The position numbers and the translations under genes are program-made. A stretch of DNA of 64,000 bases from an uncultured virus (IMG/VR IMGVR_UViG_3300010885_030646). Taxonomy: Duplodnaviria > Heunggongvirae > Uroviricota > Caudoviricetes. The DNA is taken from positions 1 to 64,000 of IMG/VR virus record IMGVR_UViG_3300010885_030646; one strand, 5' to 3'. The notes under the pieces were generated by a model that saw only the letters and a list, made by a program, of their open reading frames with translations, was not told the DNA's origin and ran no database searches. Below are positions 28,068 to 40,200 of the stretch, one piece after another (position 1 is the first letter of the stretch; each line of letters starts with the position of its first letter).

Positions 28068-28074
28068 ATTGTTT

Positions 28075-28103
28075 ATTATACAGGAAGTGTAGATAAAAGT
28101 AAA
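28075..28103 (-). promoter_or_regulatory. Sigma70-type promoter (TTTACT-17 bp-TATAAT), probably leaderless
   Basis: On the minus strand, TTTACT at 28103-28098 and TATAAT at 28080-28075, then 7 nt to ATG 28067 with no SD. Confidence 0.6.
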
Positions 28104-28121
28104 GGGCCCGGAGGCCCTTTT
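28093..28121 (-). terminator. Rho-independent terminator ending the structural operon
   Basis: Minus strand AAAGGGCC-TCCG-GGCCCTTT followed by ACTTTTA, about 20 bp after the stop of 28142..29137. Confidence 0.85.
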
Positions 28122-28141
28122 GGTAAACCGCTACAGTTCAA

Positions 28142-29137
28142 TTATGCAACTGCGGCTGCAATAGTTGGTGTGCCCCAAGCGGCGCTGGTTAGGTAAGTTG
28201 AGCTTGGTACAAACAGCGTGACCAATGTGGTAGGCGCTGTTCCAAAAGTTGTAAATGGTGATGCAGTGGCAGTACCGCCTGTGATAACGTCACTGGAACC
28301 TGTGCCAGAACCACCTGGATCAACCCAGGTTGTGGTGATTACTAGTTGTGTTCCGGTGCCTGCTGTTTTGGCATTTACTGCAATAAACTGTCCGGTGTAC
28401 GGAGCAGTATCTGCAAATTGTTTATAAATTAGTGTGTCGGTTGTTAACAAGTTATACCAACCAGTTGCGGTAGTCAATGTAACTGGTGTACCAGTTCCAC
28501 CTACCTTGGTAGTACCGGTATAATTGGCGGCAGCAATTGCCTGTGGGCTTAGTACACTGCCGGCAGTGATATAAATGTCGCCAACCAGTGTGTTGGCCAA
28601 GTCATTCCATTCTGCATCGGCCAAGTTGCCTGTTGATGTTTTGTTGGTTTCCCACTTGATGCGTCCGCCTGCGTTGAAGAAGTACCGAGCAGCATTGGCG
28701 CTGGCCCAGGTTATGGTATGTGTAAAAGTAATTGTCCACGGAGTTGATCCAGAACCTGTGTCAGTTGTTTTACTAGTGCTGCCAGTAAAACTAGTTGTTT
28801 GTGCGCCACTGGCAGCGGCATTGCCGCGAGCAGCAGTGAGATTTGTCACGTCGGTGTTTAAGTTGGCTAAAATTGCAATGGTGTTGCCAACAACAGGGTT
28901 TGATCTGCTGGTGATGGTGGTGCCTTGATGACTGGCCATAGCCGAAATTTTACTGTTCAATGTAGACCATTGGGAAGCAGTGATTGTTGCGGCTGCACTC
29001 ACTGTGCTCAATGCAGTTTCGCCATAGCCAGCTGTGGTGGCGCCTGTGGACCAAATCCCGTTTACGTTTGCTCCGTTGGTACTAACAAATCCGTTATAAT
29101 CGGTTGCTAGTATTGTGCTGCCTACAGTATATGTCAT
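28142..29137 (-). CDS. Thr/Ala/Gly-rich virion structural protein (putative fibre/baseplate-associated)
   Basis: Composition and position at the end of the baseplate operon; AGGA SD. Confidence 0.6.
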   Translation of the reverse strand: MTYTVGSTILATDYNGFVSTNGANVNGIWSTGATTAGYGETALSTVSAAATITASQWSTLNSKISAMASHQGTTITSRSNPVVGNTIAILANLNTDVTNLTAARGNAAASGAQTTSFTGSTSKTTDTGSGSTPWTITFTHTITWASANAARYFFNAGGRIKWETNKTSTGNLADAEWNDLANTLVGDIYITAGSVLSPQAIAAANYTGTTKVGGTGTPVTLTTATGWYNLLTTDTLIYKQFADTAPYTGQFIAVNAKTAGTGTQLVITTTWVDPGGSGTGSSDVITGGTATASPFTTFGTAPTTLVTLFVPSSTYLTSAAWGTPTIAAAVA

Positions 29138-29149
29138 GTTGTTATCCTA

Positions 29150-30433
29150 TTAATTAATTTTTACAATTGCTTCTACTGTGCCTTGCTCAGTGGATGCCTT
29201 GTTGTCCAAGGATCTGCCAATAACATTAAACGCTGTAGCTTCGCCAGGTTGAGCGGCTCGAGCAAGTCCGTTGCCGGCAGATACCAGCCTATCTCCTTTG
29301 CGTACAACACCGATGGTGTTGACCGGAACGCGACCTGTCATCGCAACAGGGGGGTGAGTTTCGTCAGTTCCAGCAACGGCATTCATTAAATAGGCTGCTC
29401 GTGTACTTATGACTCCAAACACACTTTCGCTTAATTCGTCGGTAACTCTGGTAATTTCGTTGGCGCCGCCTAGTTCAACCACTGTTCCTGCTGTCAACAC
29501 TTCATCAGCGGCAAAGCGTTCTGCAACGTCAGCGTAGTTGGCATAGATGCCGTTTGCACCCGACACAATACCAGTTGCACCATTGATCAACATTACCTGT
29601 GTTGGTGTACCTGCAATGTTGACATTGAATGCAATGTTACCATTGGTAGTTTGATTATAAAGTATTGCCGCTGTTCCAGTGACACCAATACGGAAATCTT
29701 GATTTACACCAACTGCAAGTCCAGTATTGTTTAACACACCAAACGTGCCTGTGGTAGTTTGATTGGTATTTCTTAACAAGAAGCCTGTTGAGTCAATACC
29801 GTCGAGCAATTGTGAATCTGTTGCTGTGCCCTGGAACAAGGGAACTTGTGCTCCTACCAGTGTGCTTAATGTAATGCCTGGGCGTACTGTTGTGAATCCT
29901 GTAAGCGGTACTTGTGGAGTAAACGCAGCATCTTTGCTGATAATGCCAACAATTGAATTTTCAACATACAATTCAATCACCACGTGACTGACAGAAGTGT
30001 TGTCTGTAATAGTAGCAACAATGGCACCTGTGGTGCCTGTGCCTGCTGTGAACTGCGGACCAACCAACAAGAAGACAGTGCCTGTCCACACTTTTAACTG
30101 TGCATTTACAGTGTCATACCACAGATCACCTGTCACATTGCCTGTTGGAGCAGTAGATGATGCGGTTGCGCCTGAAATAACTTTGAACGCAGCGCCACTG
30201 TAAACTTTCATCAATCCATTGGCTTTGTCCCACCAAAGTTGGCCGGTTAACGGCGCAGTTGGGGCAGTTGTGTTGGACGCATTCTCCAACAGGTGGATAA
30301 AGTTTTCGTCTAAAAATTCACCGTAGCCAGCGTAATTTTTACCAACTAGTACCATGTTACTAGAAGTGTTAATGGTACCATCTGCAATAGTAGCAAACAA
30401 GGTACCGTCAGTTAGATTGATTGTATATGCCAT
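29150..30433 (-). CDS. Putative tail fibre/spike protein with C-terminal intramolecular-chaperone-like (autocleavage) domain
   Basis: GQLWWD/GDLWYD fibre motifs. C-terminal YADVAERF...GTVVELGG...GVIST...PVAMTGRVPV...KGDRLVS. Confidence 0.65.
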   Translation of the reverse strand: MAYTINLTDGTLFATIADGTINTSSNMVLVGKNYAGYGEFLDENFIHLLENASNTTAPTAPLTGQLWWDKANGLMKVYSGAAFKVISGATASSTAPTGNVTGDLWYDTVNAQLKVWTGTVFLLVGPQFTAGTGTTGAIVATITDNTSVSHVVIELYVENSIVGIISKDAAFTPQVPLTGFTTVRPGITLSTLVGAQVPLFQGTATDSQLLDGIDSTGFLLRNTNQTTTGTFGVLNNTGLAVGVNQDFRIGVTGTAAILYNQTTNGNIAFNVNIAGTPTQVMLINGATGIVSGANGIYANYADVAERFAADEVLTAGTVVELGGANEITRVTDELSESVFGVISTRAAYLMNAVAGTDETHPPVAMTGRVPVNTIGVVRKGDRLVSAGNGLARAAQPGEATAFNVIGRSLDNKASTEQGTVEAIVKIN

Positions 30434-30455
30434 TTGTATCTTACTCCGTTAATTG

Positions 30456-30487
30456 TATTTATAATGCAATTATATCTCTATATTTAT
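30456..30487 (-). promoter_or_regulatory. Tandem T4-type late promoter motifs
   Basis: Exact TATAAATA at 30463-30456 and ATAAATA at 30487-30481, upstream of the GGAG SD and ATG 30433. Confidence 0.75.
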
Positions 30488-31104
30488 GCCGCACTAAGGT
30501 TTGTCAATGTCTGGATACGAATTGTGTAATCAATCTGTATCTGTCTATTCAAACTCTTTTGCACTGGATGAAATATTACATGGGTGATAAGACGCAAATT
30601 ATCTGCTGATCCATTCCATGTTTTAAGCCCTAATTCGTCAAACACGTACTCACCGTTGAAGTTTGTACTGTTATCAAATGCCTGTTGTCCGGCTGGTTCG
30701 CCATAGTCCAACAAACATGTTACTAAAATATCTGTGTAAACTTTACCAGATGTGTGTAGCACTGTCATTTTATTGTTGGCAGTGTCAGTGTCGGCAGCAG
30801 AGTTGTCATCGACCACTTTGGCATAAGTTTCATTATACAATGCGGCATTTTGTCCTGTTGTGTTGGGCGGCAAATAGGTAATAATACCTGTGGGGTCCAC
30901 ACTGGATCCACCGTTGCCAAATGCCATTTCATATATCCAGCCGCCGCCCTGGGCACTTGTGCGATTGCTCAGCGTTTGTGCCATGGCATAGGATATATTT
31001 TCGTAGTGTATTGCGTTCTTTTTATCTACCAGTACTTCGCCAGTGACTGGGTTGTGGATTTTTACAAATCCTTCAATTTTGGCTAGTCCGGGCTGAATTA
31101 TCAT
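30484..31104 (-). CDS. Putative virion structural protein (baseplate/tail)
   Basis: 206-aa ORF within the structural operon; MAFGNGG and FDELGL motifs. Confidence 0.6.
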   Translation of the reverse strand: MIIQPGLAKIEGFVKIHNPVTGEVLVDKKNAIHYENISYAMAQTLSNRTSAQGGGWIYEMAFGNGGSSVDPTGIITYLPPNTTGQNAALYNETYAKVVDDNSAADTDTANNKMTVLHTSGKVYTDILVTCLLDYGEPAGQQAFDNSTNFNGEYVFDELGLKTWNGSADNLRLITHVIFHPVQKSLNRQIQIDYTIRIQTLTNLSAA

Positions 31105-31238
31105 GCTCGCTTCTCCACTATAACTTCCTTGGTTTTTGGGTCAAAAATACGAATATGTCCTTCAACAGAGATGGATCCTGTTTCATTGGGTTTCTTAGCC
31201 GGTGTTGGTGGCTGTTGAGGTCGTGCGCTTTGATTCAT
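31101..31238 (-). CDS. 45-aa protein MNQSARPQQPPTPAKKPNETGSISVEGHIRIFDPKTKEVIVEKRA (not in ORF track)
   Basis: Translated by hand. ATGA overlap with the downstream gene, GATAAATA 4 nt before the ATG, and similarity to the N-terminus of the downstream protein. Confidence 0.8.
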   Translation of the reverse strand: MNQSARPQQPPTPAKKPNETGSISVEGHIRIFDPKTKEVIVEKRA

Positions 31239-31242
31239 ACTT

Positions 31243-31250
31243 TATTTATC
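31243..31250 (-). promoter_or_regulatory. Late promoter motif GATAAATA
   Basis: Lies 4 nt upstream of ATG 31238. Confidence 0.6.
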
Positions 31251-31254
31251 TTGT

Positions 31255-34200
31255 TTAATCACCCCGTAAAAACCTTGCGGCCTGTGTTTCGGTGTCTTGC
31301 AATGCCACACCGTTGCTGGCTGTGCCTGCGCCGGGAGCATACCAGGTCACGCCTCTACGCACTAGAATAGTTACCTCAACTCCTTCTGGAGGTGCAACTT
31401 CGAACAATACAGCCACTGGGTTAGTAGATATAACACTAAATCCTGAAATTAATTGTATGCCACCAACATATACCTCAACCTGATTAGTTGGGTCGCCGGC
31501 GCCATAATCATAAGAACCGGGCTCTCCAGTCACAGTGCCAACATCATACGGTAGAAAATCGAATCCCTCAGCACTATCATACGTCAGAGTAATATTTGGT
31601 GCATAGAATATTGTGTCTGTTCCATTTGCAATTATGGAATCACTAACAATGTAATTCTGAAACTGTGGTGGCAGTAAATTGCCACGTCCAATATTGTACA
31701 CATCTGTGTCAGTTGCATGGTCTGCAACGCCTGTGCCAGCTGTGCCTCTGCGCAGTCCACTGACTGTGTTGGCCGCAGTGTCACGGTTACGATACATGAT
31801 ACGTTCACCATTTACAGTTAGTAATCCCCATATGTTTGTTGCCAAATTGGGTTCATTCAGTGCAGCCGCATTGTGTACATAAATGATGTCATCGGTGGTA
31901 CTGAGTGGTTCTACTAGATATGTGGTAGTAGCAGGAGTAATACGGTATGTTGCTTGCACTCCGCGCATGTCTTGGAATATGCGGAATGCCATTGCTTCGG
32001 GTGCAATGCTGTCAGTAAACTCAGTGATCATCACCACATCTGTGGCAGACATGACATAACCGTTGGCCAACACTATTGTGTTGTCAACAATAGTAAATCC
32101 ATCGTTAACAAATATCTGGAGTCCATTCAGTGTTACCCACAAGCGTTCAGGGTTAAGAATTGTTCTATTCAGATATAAATTATTGCGTGTAACACTTTGC
32201 ACTATGGAATAATCATACGATCCAGATTCATTGGTTACTAGTCCAACATCATAATCAGTAGTATCGTAAGGCTCCACAGCTAATGCAGTTCCAGATTCAG
32301 GACCAACATAAACTTGTGTTAGTATATCTTGTTGACGAGTATCATTCCAACTGGTCACTGCAATGATGTCACCATTAGATGGGATCATTCCAGTAAATGT
32401 ATTGAATAACAATTGAGTGCCAACAACTGATGCTTGTGTGCCTGTTGTGACATAAATTAAAATCTTTTCGCCTAAGGTCAATGTCTCAGTGAACATTACA
32501 GCACGTGGAGTGACAGGATCATACGGCTCAACTACAAAGTCTACTCCCAACACTTGCGGAATATTATTTACATACACATGAACTTCGTTGTTTGCAATAA
32601 GTGATTGTGAAAAACCCAGTCGTTGTGGTAACAGATAATCTGTTGTGCCGTCTGCTAGATATTCAATGCCTGCAGAAGTTCTAGCACGGACACCATTAAA
32701 AGTAACAACTATGTTGTCTGGGTTGGTGTACTCCATGCTGTTGGTCAAGTCGTACTCTAGTACACCTGACACACCTGTAATATACTGTGTAACTGGCACA
32801 GACCAACTGTAATCAATTTCGGTGCCATCTATTGTGGTTGGACCAATGGCACTGATCATCAGGTAATCATTGATACTGTAAGGTACAGCAAACACCACTT
32901 CAGTGCTGGTAGTACTGTAAGGCACAAATGTGTAATCTGTGGTCAATTCGCCATTGGCAAAAATTACAAATTGGGTAATCAACGAGTACTCCACTGGTAC
33001 CACAACTGAACTGCCAATTTCTGCGCCATTGTACGACCGCTTGAACAGTTGATTACCGCCGCCAATTTCATACAAGGTGATTGCTATTTCGCTGCCAACC
33101 GACACACCGGAATTCAAGGTGATAGTTTGTTCTGCCCAGTTTGCTGTGTAATCCACGTCAACGATCAAGTTGAGCCCTAGAGTTTGATTTGCAACTAACA
33201 TTGTTGCAGGAACAGGAGCAATGCCAGCAAAACTTAAAGTTTCACCTGCTGAGGTAACTGTAAATTTGCGTACTTCTATACGGAAACCGTGACCGTCACG
33301 TGCCCAGTCAGCCCCTGGTGTGGTGTAAACACGCATGTCAAGTGTGTCAAATTCACTACCGGGCACCAGCTCTTCGGGTGCATAGCTGCTGAACACATCA
33401 ATGTATTCACCGCCTTCAACGTTGATACTAGTTGGTCGTGTGCCCAGGTAAGGATCTGTGTATGGACTTTCAAAGATAGTGTCCAGTATGGACTGATCAA
33501 ATGTTGGACGACCTTCTGGTCCATATGTTAAGTTATCAAACGGGGTTGAATCAAACGGTGCTACATCAAACCCAGGATATTGGTCGTAACCAACACCAAA
33601 CACCTGCACACCTGGATACTCAACGCCATCAATCAACAATGGTAAACTCAATCCAGGCTGATTAACAGTGGGGGTGTAAAAGCCCATGGTACGATCAACA
33701 CCGGACAGTGTGCTGGCACTTACTAAGGTCCAGTTGGTTGGATCAAATGTAGCACTTTGAACTCCAAAACTATCATCACTGGTTGCTTGCCACACACGGT
33801 TTGCATATCTAACTTGTGTTCCATCTTCGTAGGTTACATTTGGTTGCCATTCTTGAATAGTGGACACGTACTGGTATCTGTCATATTTCATTGTGGTTTT
33901 TATCTGACGTACCAGGTCGTTGCCCATGACCACTGCCGCAGTGGCGCCAGATCCATTGCCACCTACAAAAGTTATGATTGGAGTAGTAATGTACCCACTA
34001 CCGTAATTCACAATGTCAATACTTACTATTTGTCCTGCACTGTTGACAATAGCAGTCATTTCTGCAGGAATGACAGCGTCACCAGTGATGGTAATTGTTG
34101 GCGTGACAGTGTATCCTGAACCAGTGTTGGTGATAACAACCGACTGAACTGTTAACGTGTAGTTATTATACCAGTCTGCCCAAGGAGTTTCTGCCCATAT

Positions 34201-37200
34201 CTCAGCGTTTGATGCAGTATCTGCATTGGGGTTGGTTGGACTGTTTGCAGTTGACTGTGTGTATGGCAACAGTACCGGTGCAATAAATTGAGGTACAGTT
34301 AAGGTTTCATCAAAGAACGCAGGATTATCAAAGTCAGTCAATGCACCTGGATACTCATCGTTGCCAGTGTACTGCAAGTTGAACTCACGAATTTGTACAT
34401 GATACGGTTTGACTTCTTGAATGTAATTTAATACAAAGTCCTGATTGTCTTGACGATATGACTGGTACGGCAGCAACGAACGAATTTTATGGTTAACATC
34501 AATCAGACTGGTTTTTAGCAGCCATCCTGGCGCAGAAAACTCACTCATGACAAACTCAAACATCAACATCAATGAACGATTACGATTGATTGCTAATTCG
34601 TCAATGAACAATTGCTGATTGACTGCCTGAACAATCTTGCGTGTTTCAATCACTGGTTCCTGATCGAAGTACTGTGCATCAAACACTTCGACGTCGAATC
34701 CAAAATTACCAAGTGAGTAATTCCATAACGTTGCACTGAACTCAATGGTTCCGTCTTCAAGTCCCACGCGATCCCAACTTGTCAGTGTACGCTGATAAAT
34801 TTCAAATTTACCTGCAGGTGCATTAGTTACTTTGACACTTGAGCCAACAGGTGCAACAGTGAATGTTATCCCGGATAGTTCTGCATAATTTGTAACAGTG
34901 GCAACAGGATTCACTGTGCTGTTGTAACCAGGCGTATACCAATTGATATAACTCCAATAACGGCTGGTATCGTAATTTTGTACACGTATTAGTCTGAGTT
35001 CTTTGGATCCAACTAGCGGTCCAGTAACAACATCATATATGGTCCAGAAGCCAAAGTTGCTGGAGTCTGTTGCTACCAAATATCGATAACCGTAGGGCAC
35101 AACCGATAAGTTTTGGTAACCCAGTTCTGTCAAGTCAGCAACACGTGAGTTCCAATTGACAAATGTAGCAGTGCCTGTGCCTTCACCTGGACCGGTGGCC
35201 ACAAACAAAACTCCAATTGTGTTACTGGCTGCTCCGATTGCAGTAAAATTAGTAGTGCCAACATACGAAATTGTGTAGGTGTCACCGGTGTTGAATGTTC
35301 CAGCATAGTATGTCTGAGTTGCAGTTGGTTCAGCATCTTTACTGTTCAACAGTGTAAAACTCTTTGTTTCAGATATTGGATAATTTGCCAGTATTCGGTT
35401 GGCATATCCAAAATAGTTTTTCAATGCTGCAAATCGATCAACAAACATGCTTTGTCGAGGTCTAAACTCAACACCGTAACGTTCTGCAGGACTTAGACTG
35501 GGATCTGGTACCTGAGACCCCAAGGCGTTGATGCCACTCAGACTATCTTGTAATTTTAAATACAAGCCAGCACTTAAGAAACTGTCAGCAACACCATCTG
35601 CAATCAATTCGTATTCTTGGTGTACATTGTCATCATTTTTAATACGGTCATACTCAATGTGCAAGATTGTATCTTGCGCACTGATCAAACTGATCACATT
35701 ATAAATTGCAACAGTGCTGGCATTCAGTGGTGCCAGGTAAGAAATTCCACTGGCACGCGGATTAAAAATGTAATTGGCAATGGCATTTGTGCTTAATTTT
35801 TTGTTTGCTACGGTGGCCACTGTGGATATATTACGTACCCAGAAATAATAACGAGTTGCAAAAATATTATCAGTATTAAGCTCAGAACGGGCTGTGTAAC
35901 TCAACACACTCAGCGGAGTGCCTGGTCCTGCGTAGGCGGCAGGTGTTACATCACTTTCAATCCACTGATAAATGTCTACACTACTGCCCGGAAACGTCTG
36001 ACTCCATCGACGACTTGCATATACAATATCATCTTGATTGGGATCAATAAAGCGTACTGAATTAGTGTCCCACCAAATTTCTCCAATTCTTGCGGCAGCC
36101 CAGGGATTGCCAACGTTGCGTATAGGACCAATATTGTAATTGGCAGGATCCACTGCACCAATGTAATCAATGTTTTCTCTTGCAACACCAAGAATTTTAC
36201 CTTGCAATGGATCAATAAAATCCAAATACGATGTAATAGTGGATTCTAACTTGTCATACATGTAAACAGAATTTAACAATGCAATATCAACCACTGGCTG
36301 TTGTACATGTTTCACTGTCCAGGCCGGTGTTCTGTTGGCATTTTCAAACACGCTGACACGGCCATAGTTGGCATTACTGCTGTCTCCAAAATCACTTCCG
36401 GGTGATCCAATCAATAATCTGCCTGTCACATAGCTGACAGCAGTGCCGTATTGGTCCAGTTCAACAATGTTGTTGTCGTACATTTGTTGTCCAAATACAA
36501 ATTGTCCTGGGTTAGTGACAGAATCAGTTGCGCTTGGAAGATAATCAAATGTGTATGTTACACCACTTTGCACGACCACAGTGGAGAACACTGTACTACG
36601 GTCGTCAAAATAAGTTGTGTTGTCATCAAATGTAACTGGTTGGTACAAGTTACCTCTTGGCGCACCAACCACCAGGGTTGTTGCGGTTGTATCGATAACT
36701 ACTTCAGCACCAAAATTTGCATCAACAGTTGGTGCAGGGCTTGTTATGGTCTGTGTATAAACATAATCCACAAATCCAAAGTCAGCAAATACTGTTCCAA
36801 CTACACCTGGCAGCACAGTTAACCGTGTGTTTGATAACACAGCCGCTGAATTTATAACATTCAGTGTTAATATTCCCTGTACCACACGTATGGTAGATTG
36901 TGCAGTGGGAGCGGTAATAAAACTAATAATGCCAGTGCTGTTGTTGTACGTGTAATCAGTGTTAAAAATTTGCACTACGTTATCAACATACACCAATGGA
37001 TTGTAAATGGCATATTTTGAATAAGTTACGCCAATGTCATATGTTTTTACAGCACCGTTGCTGACAAAGAATAGATCGCCTGCGGCAGAGGCTCGTACAT
37101 TAGGCACACCAACGCCTTCGTTGGCAGTGTTAATGGCAGTAACTAGCCCGGCCACAGTGTTATTGGGACTAGCTGGTATTGCTATTTCATAGTTGTCAAT

Positions 37201-40200
37201 ACGCAGTGTGTCGCCACTTGTTAACACAGGGTTTGGAATCTGAGATGATATTACTCCGTACACACGAGATTGATTTACACTGCGTTGTACACTGCCGGCG
37301 CCCGGTAACACTGTGCCATCAATTGGTGCGCCAATGTAGATACTACAATTATTTGAGCACAGGTCAACTGAACTACCAAAACTTGCTTGATCAAATGGGG
37401 TGTTGATTGTGATCTGTTGTACTAACTGGAAAATATTGCTTTCAATTTCAATTATGTCGCCCACTGCTAATGTTACAGTATCTTCCAATATTACGTTGCC
37501 GCCGGCGACTGTAAATTGTCCGCCCAATATTTGATCAGCATCTGTCAAGAACGCATTATTAAGCGTCACAGATACCGGAGTGTTGTATCCAGCGGGCAGT
37601 GCAAAAGTTGTCACGTCTGTTTCGCCAATGCCAACCTGATATCTTGCAACACTGCGATCGTACACGTATGTGCTGCCATTGATTAAAGAATTGTTTACAT
37701 CTGTTGGTGCACCAATTACTATTTGTTGTCCATCTGTTGCTGTTGCTACACTTGTTCCAAATCCAGAACCTGCTGGACCAGTTATAGTTTCAACATACAT
37801 GAAATATGAACCGGTTTCAACATCAATCTTGACACCGGCAGCTGGTACTGTAACAAAAGTTAATGTGGTTCCTGCAAATGTGTAATCAAGATAGGGACGT
37901 TGTAGTACGTTGCTAACTTTGACATTGAACGAATTCAGATTTGTAGCAGTGTACAATGTTGTGCTTAGATCAAACACAGATGTATTTGAAATCCCTGCAC
38001 CAGAATATGTAAATTCAGTAATTGCCCCAAGCCCGTCAACTGCTGTTACCGTAATAATTAAATCATTTGCAGGTGATGTGCCGCCACCAATGGTGGCTGC
38101 GTTAATTGTAAGTGTGTCCCCATCTGCGTAGAATGCACCACGACTGGTTATGGTAGGGGTGTATGTTCCACGAATTCTCTCAACTGTGAACATTGCAAGT
38201 ATACCAGAACCGTCTGTGGAGTCTTGTTCAACATCATAGTACGTGTTGGAATCCAGTGATGACAGCATGTTTCGTATTATCACAATTGGCAAATCTTGAA
38301 GCGGCGGAGTAGTAAATATTACTGATGTCGAGTTTAAATTATAATCAACTCCGTACTGCTGGGTAGCGTTGTTGACCAGCACAGTGATCTGACCTGGGTG
38401 TACTAGATCAAACACTAAATTATCACTGTAATTAAATGTAGTAGTCGCGCTGTTACCAATGTACGTGACTTCTTGAATTTCTAAATCAACACGACCATAT
38501 GCATACACTGCGTCTTGATCTGGTGCACCAATGTATGCCCAACGTTCATCTCGGCTGATTGCTACAGCAGATCCAAAACTGCCAGCACTGGTCAGATAAT
38601 CTGGTGCAATCAACAGTTGCGTTTGTAGGAATTCATTGCTGGCAGGTGCTCGATACAGTATCACTGCATACCCAGCACCGCTGTTGCTTTGAGGAGCGCC
38701 AACAATGGCCCAAGATTGGTAACCAATATCCAATGCACTGCCATATCCTGCTGTGTCGGCAGCTCCTAGTTGTATCAATGGGCTTGCTTCATACAAATTA
38801 AGTTGCCCACGCAGGTACGGGTAAATTGCACCAACACCACTGTCGTACAATGGCGCACCAACCAATGCCGCAATGTTTTCGTATGCCTGAGCAACACTTG
38901 AACCATACCCACTGTTCAGCACTGGATCAGTTGACTCAAGTGCATAGCCGGCTGCAAAAACATCTTGTTTTTCAAGCACTGTCCACAATCCAGCACCGTT
39001 GTTATCTACCCAGGCCATAGCACCCGGAATCAAGTCGTTGGCAAAAGACAACGTGCCAATGTCACTGGCTTGAGCAACACGCATGGTGTCAAGATAAAAT
39101 CCTATTCCTGATCCAGTTATGACAGTTTGATTACCGTTCGGGAATGTGTACGCCACAGTAAGTGTGGTCGGAGTAGGCGTAGTCAGTACGCGATATACGC
39201 CGTTGAAGGCATCATTGAAGAATCGAACAATTAATATATCGCCTAGAGATAAATTATGTATCTGAGTGAATGACACTAGACTGGCACCATCAAGGTTGTC
39301 AGTCACACGAGTAATTCTGCCAGGTACCTGGGTGGCACGATATATGTTCCAATCATAACTGTTGGTTTTGGCCACCCATATTTTTGTACCATTACCAATG
39401 GTGTCTAAGTTGGCAGCAATAGTACCAGGATCATCCAAGGAAAATACTGTTATATCAACATCATTGATGTTGACGTAGCCTGCACTTGGCAACGCAGTGT
39501 CAGTTATTTGAGTAGTAGTAGTTGGCAAAAAGTCTGGGGAAGTTAATTTATAACTTTCGCGCCACACGTCATTCAACAACACAGTTTGGTTTGCCAAACT
39601 TGATTCACCAGGTTGAATTATCTGCACAGTGGCTGGATCACTTTGTAACAATGGTTCGTTTAGTCGCAACTCAACATAACTGCGATTTGCGTTTGCTCCG
39701 TATGTGCCGCGTAGCACTGCCCAGTTTTCGTAGATTTGATAATCTGCAGACTCTTTTTCAAGGCGGGCACCAGTGAACAACTCAGCACTTAGTATTGTTC
39801 CTTTGGCACCAATAAATTGTTGGTACAGGTTAACTTGACTGACATCGTCAAGATTCAACGCAACCATATACTCTCTTGGCTGGAATCCGATTAATCCAAA
39901 ACTCAATAGATCGTTATCGCCTTCAAGGTTTGCAGTTTGTGTGTTGTAACTGTTCTCCAACTGGTCTGCTTTGTTTGCAATGTTGGGCAACAGGCCTTTT
40001 TGTATCTTGGTATAGTCACTCTTGACCCAGTCAGAATAGGCAAATTCTCGCTTGGGCTGAATAATATCCTGTGCAGACCAATAGAGGTTTTTGTACAGAA
40101 CAATTTCGCCCTTGGCATACTTGATATTCGGCGCCCATTCTTTCACATTGTCTCGGTTAAGCACAAAGCCTTGTGCATTTAATGTGCCGTTCCATTCGGT

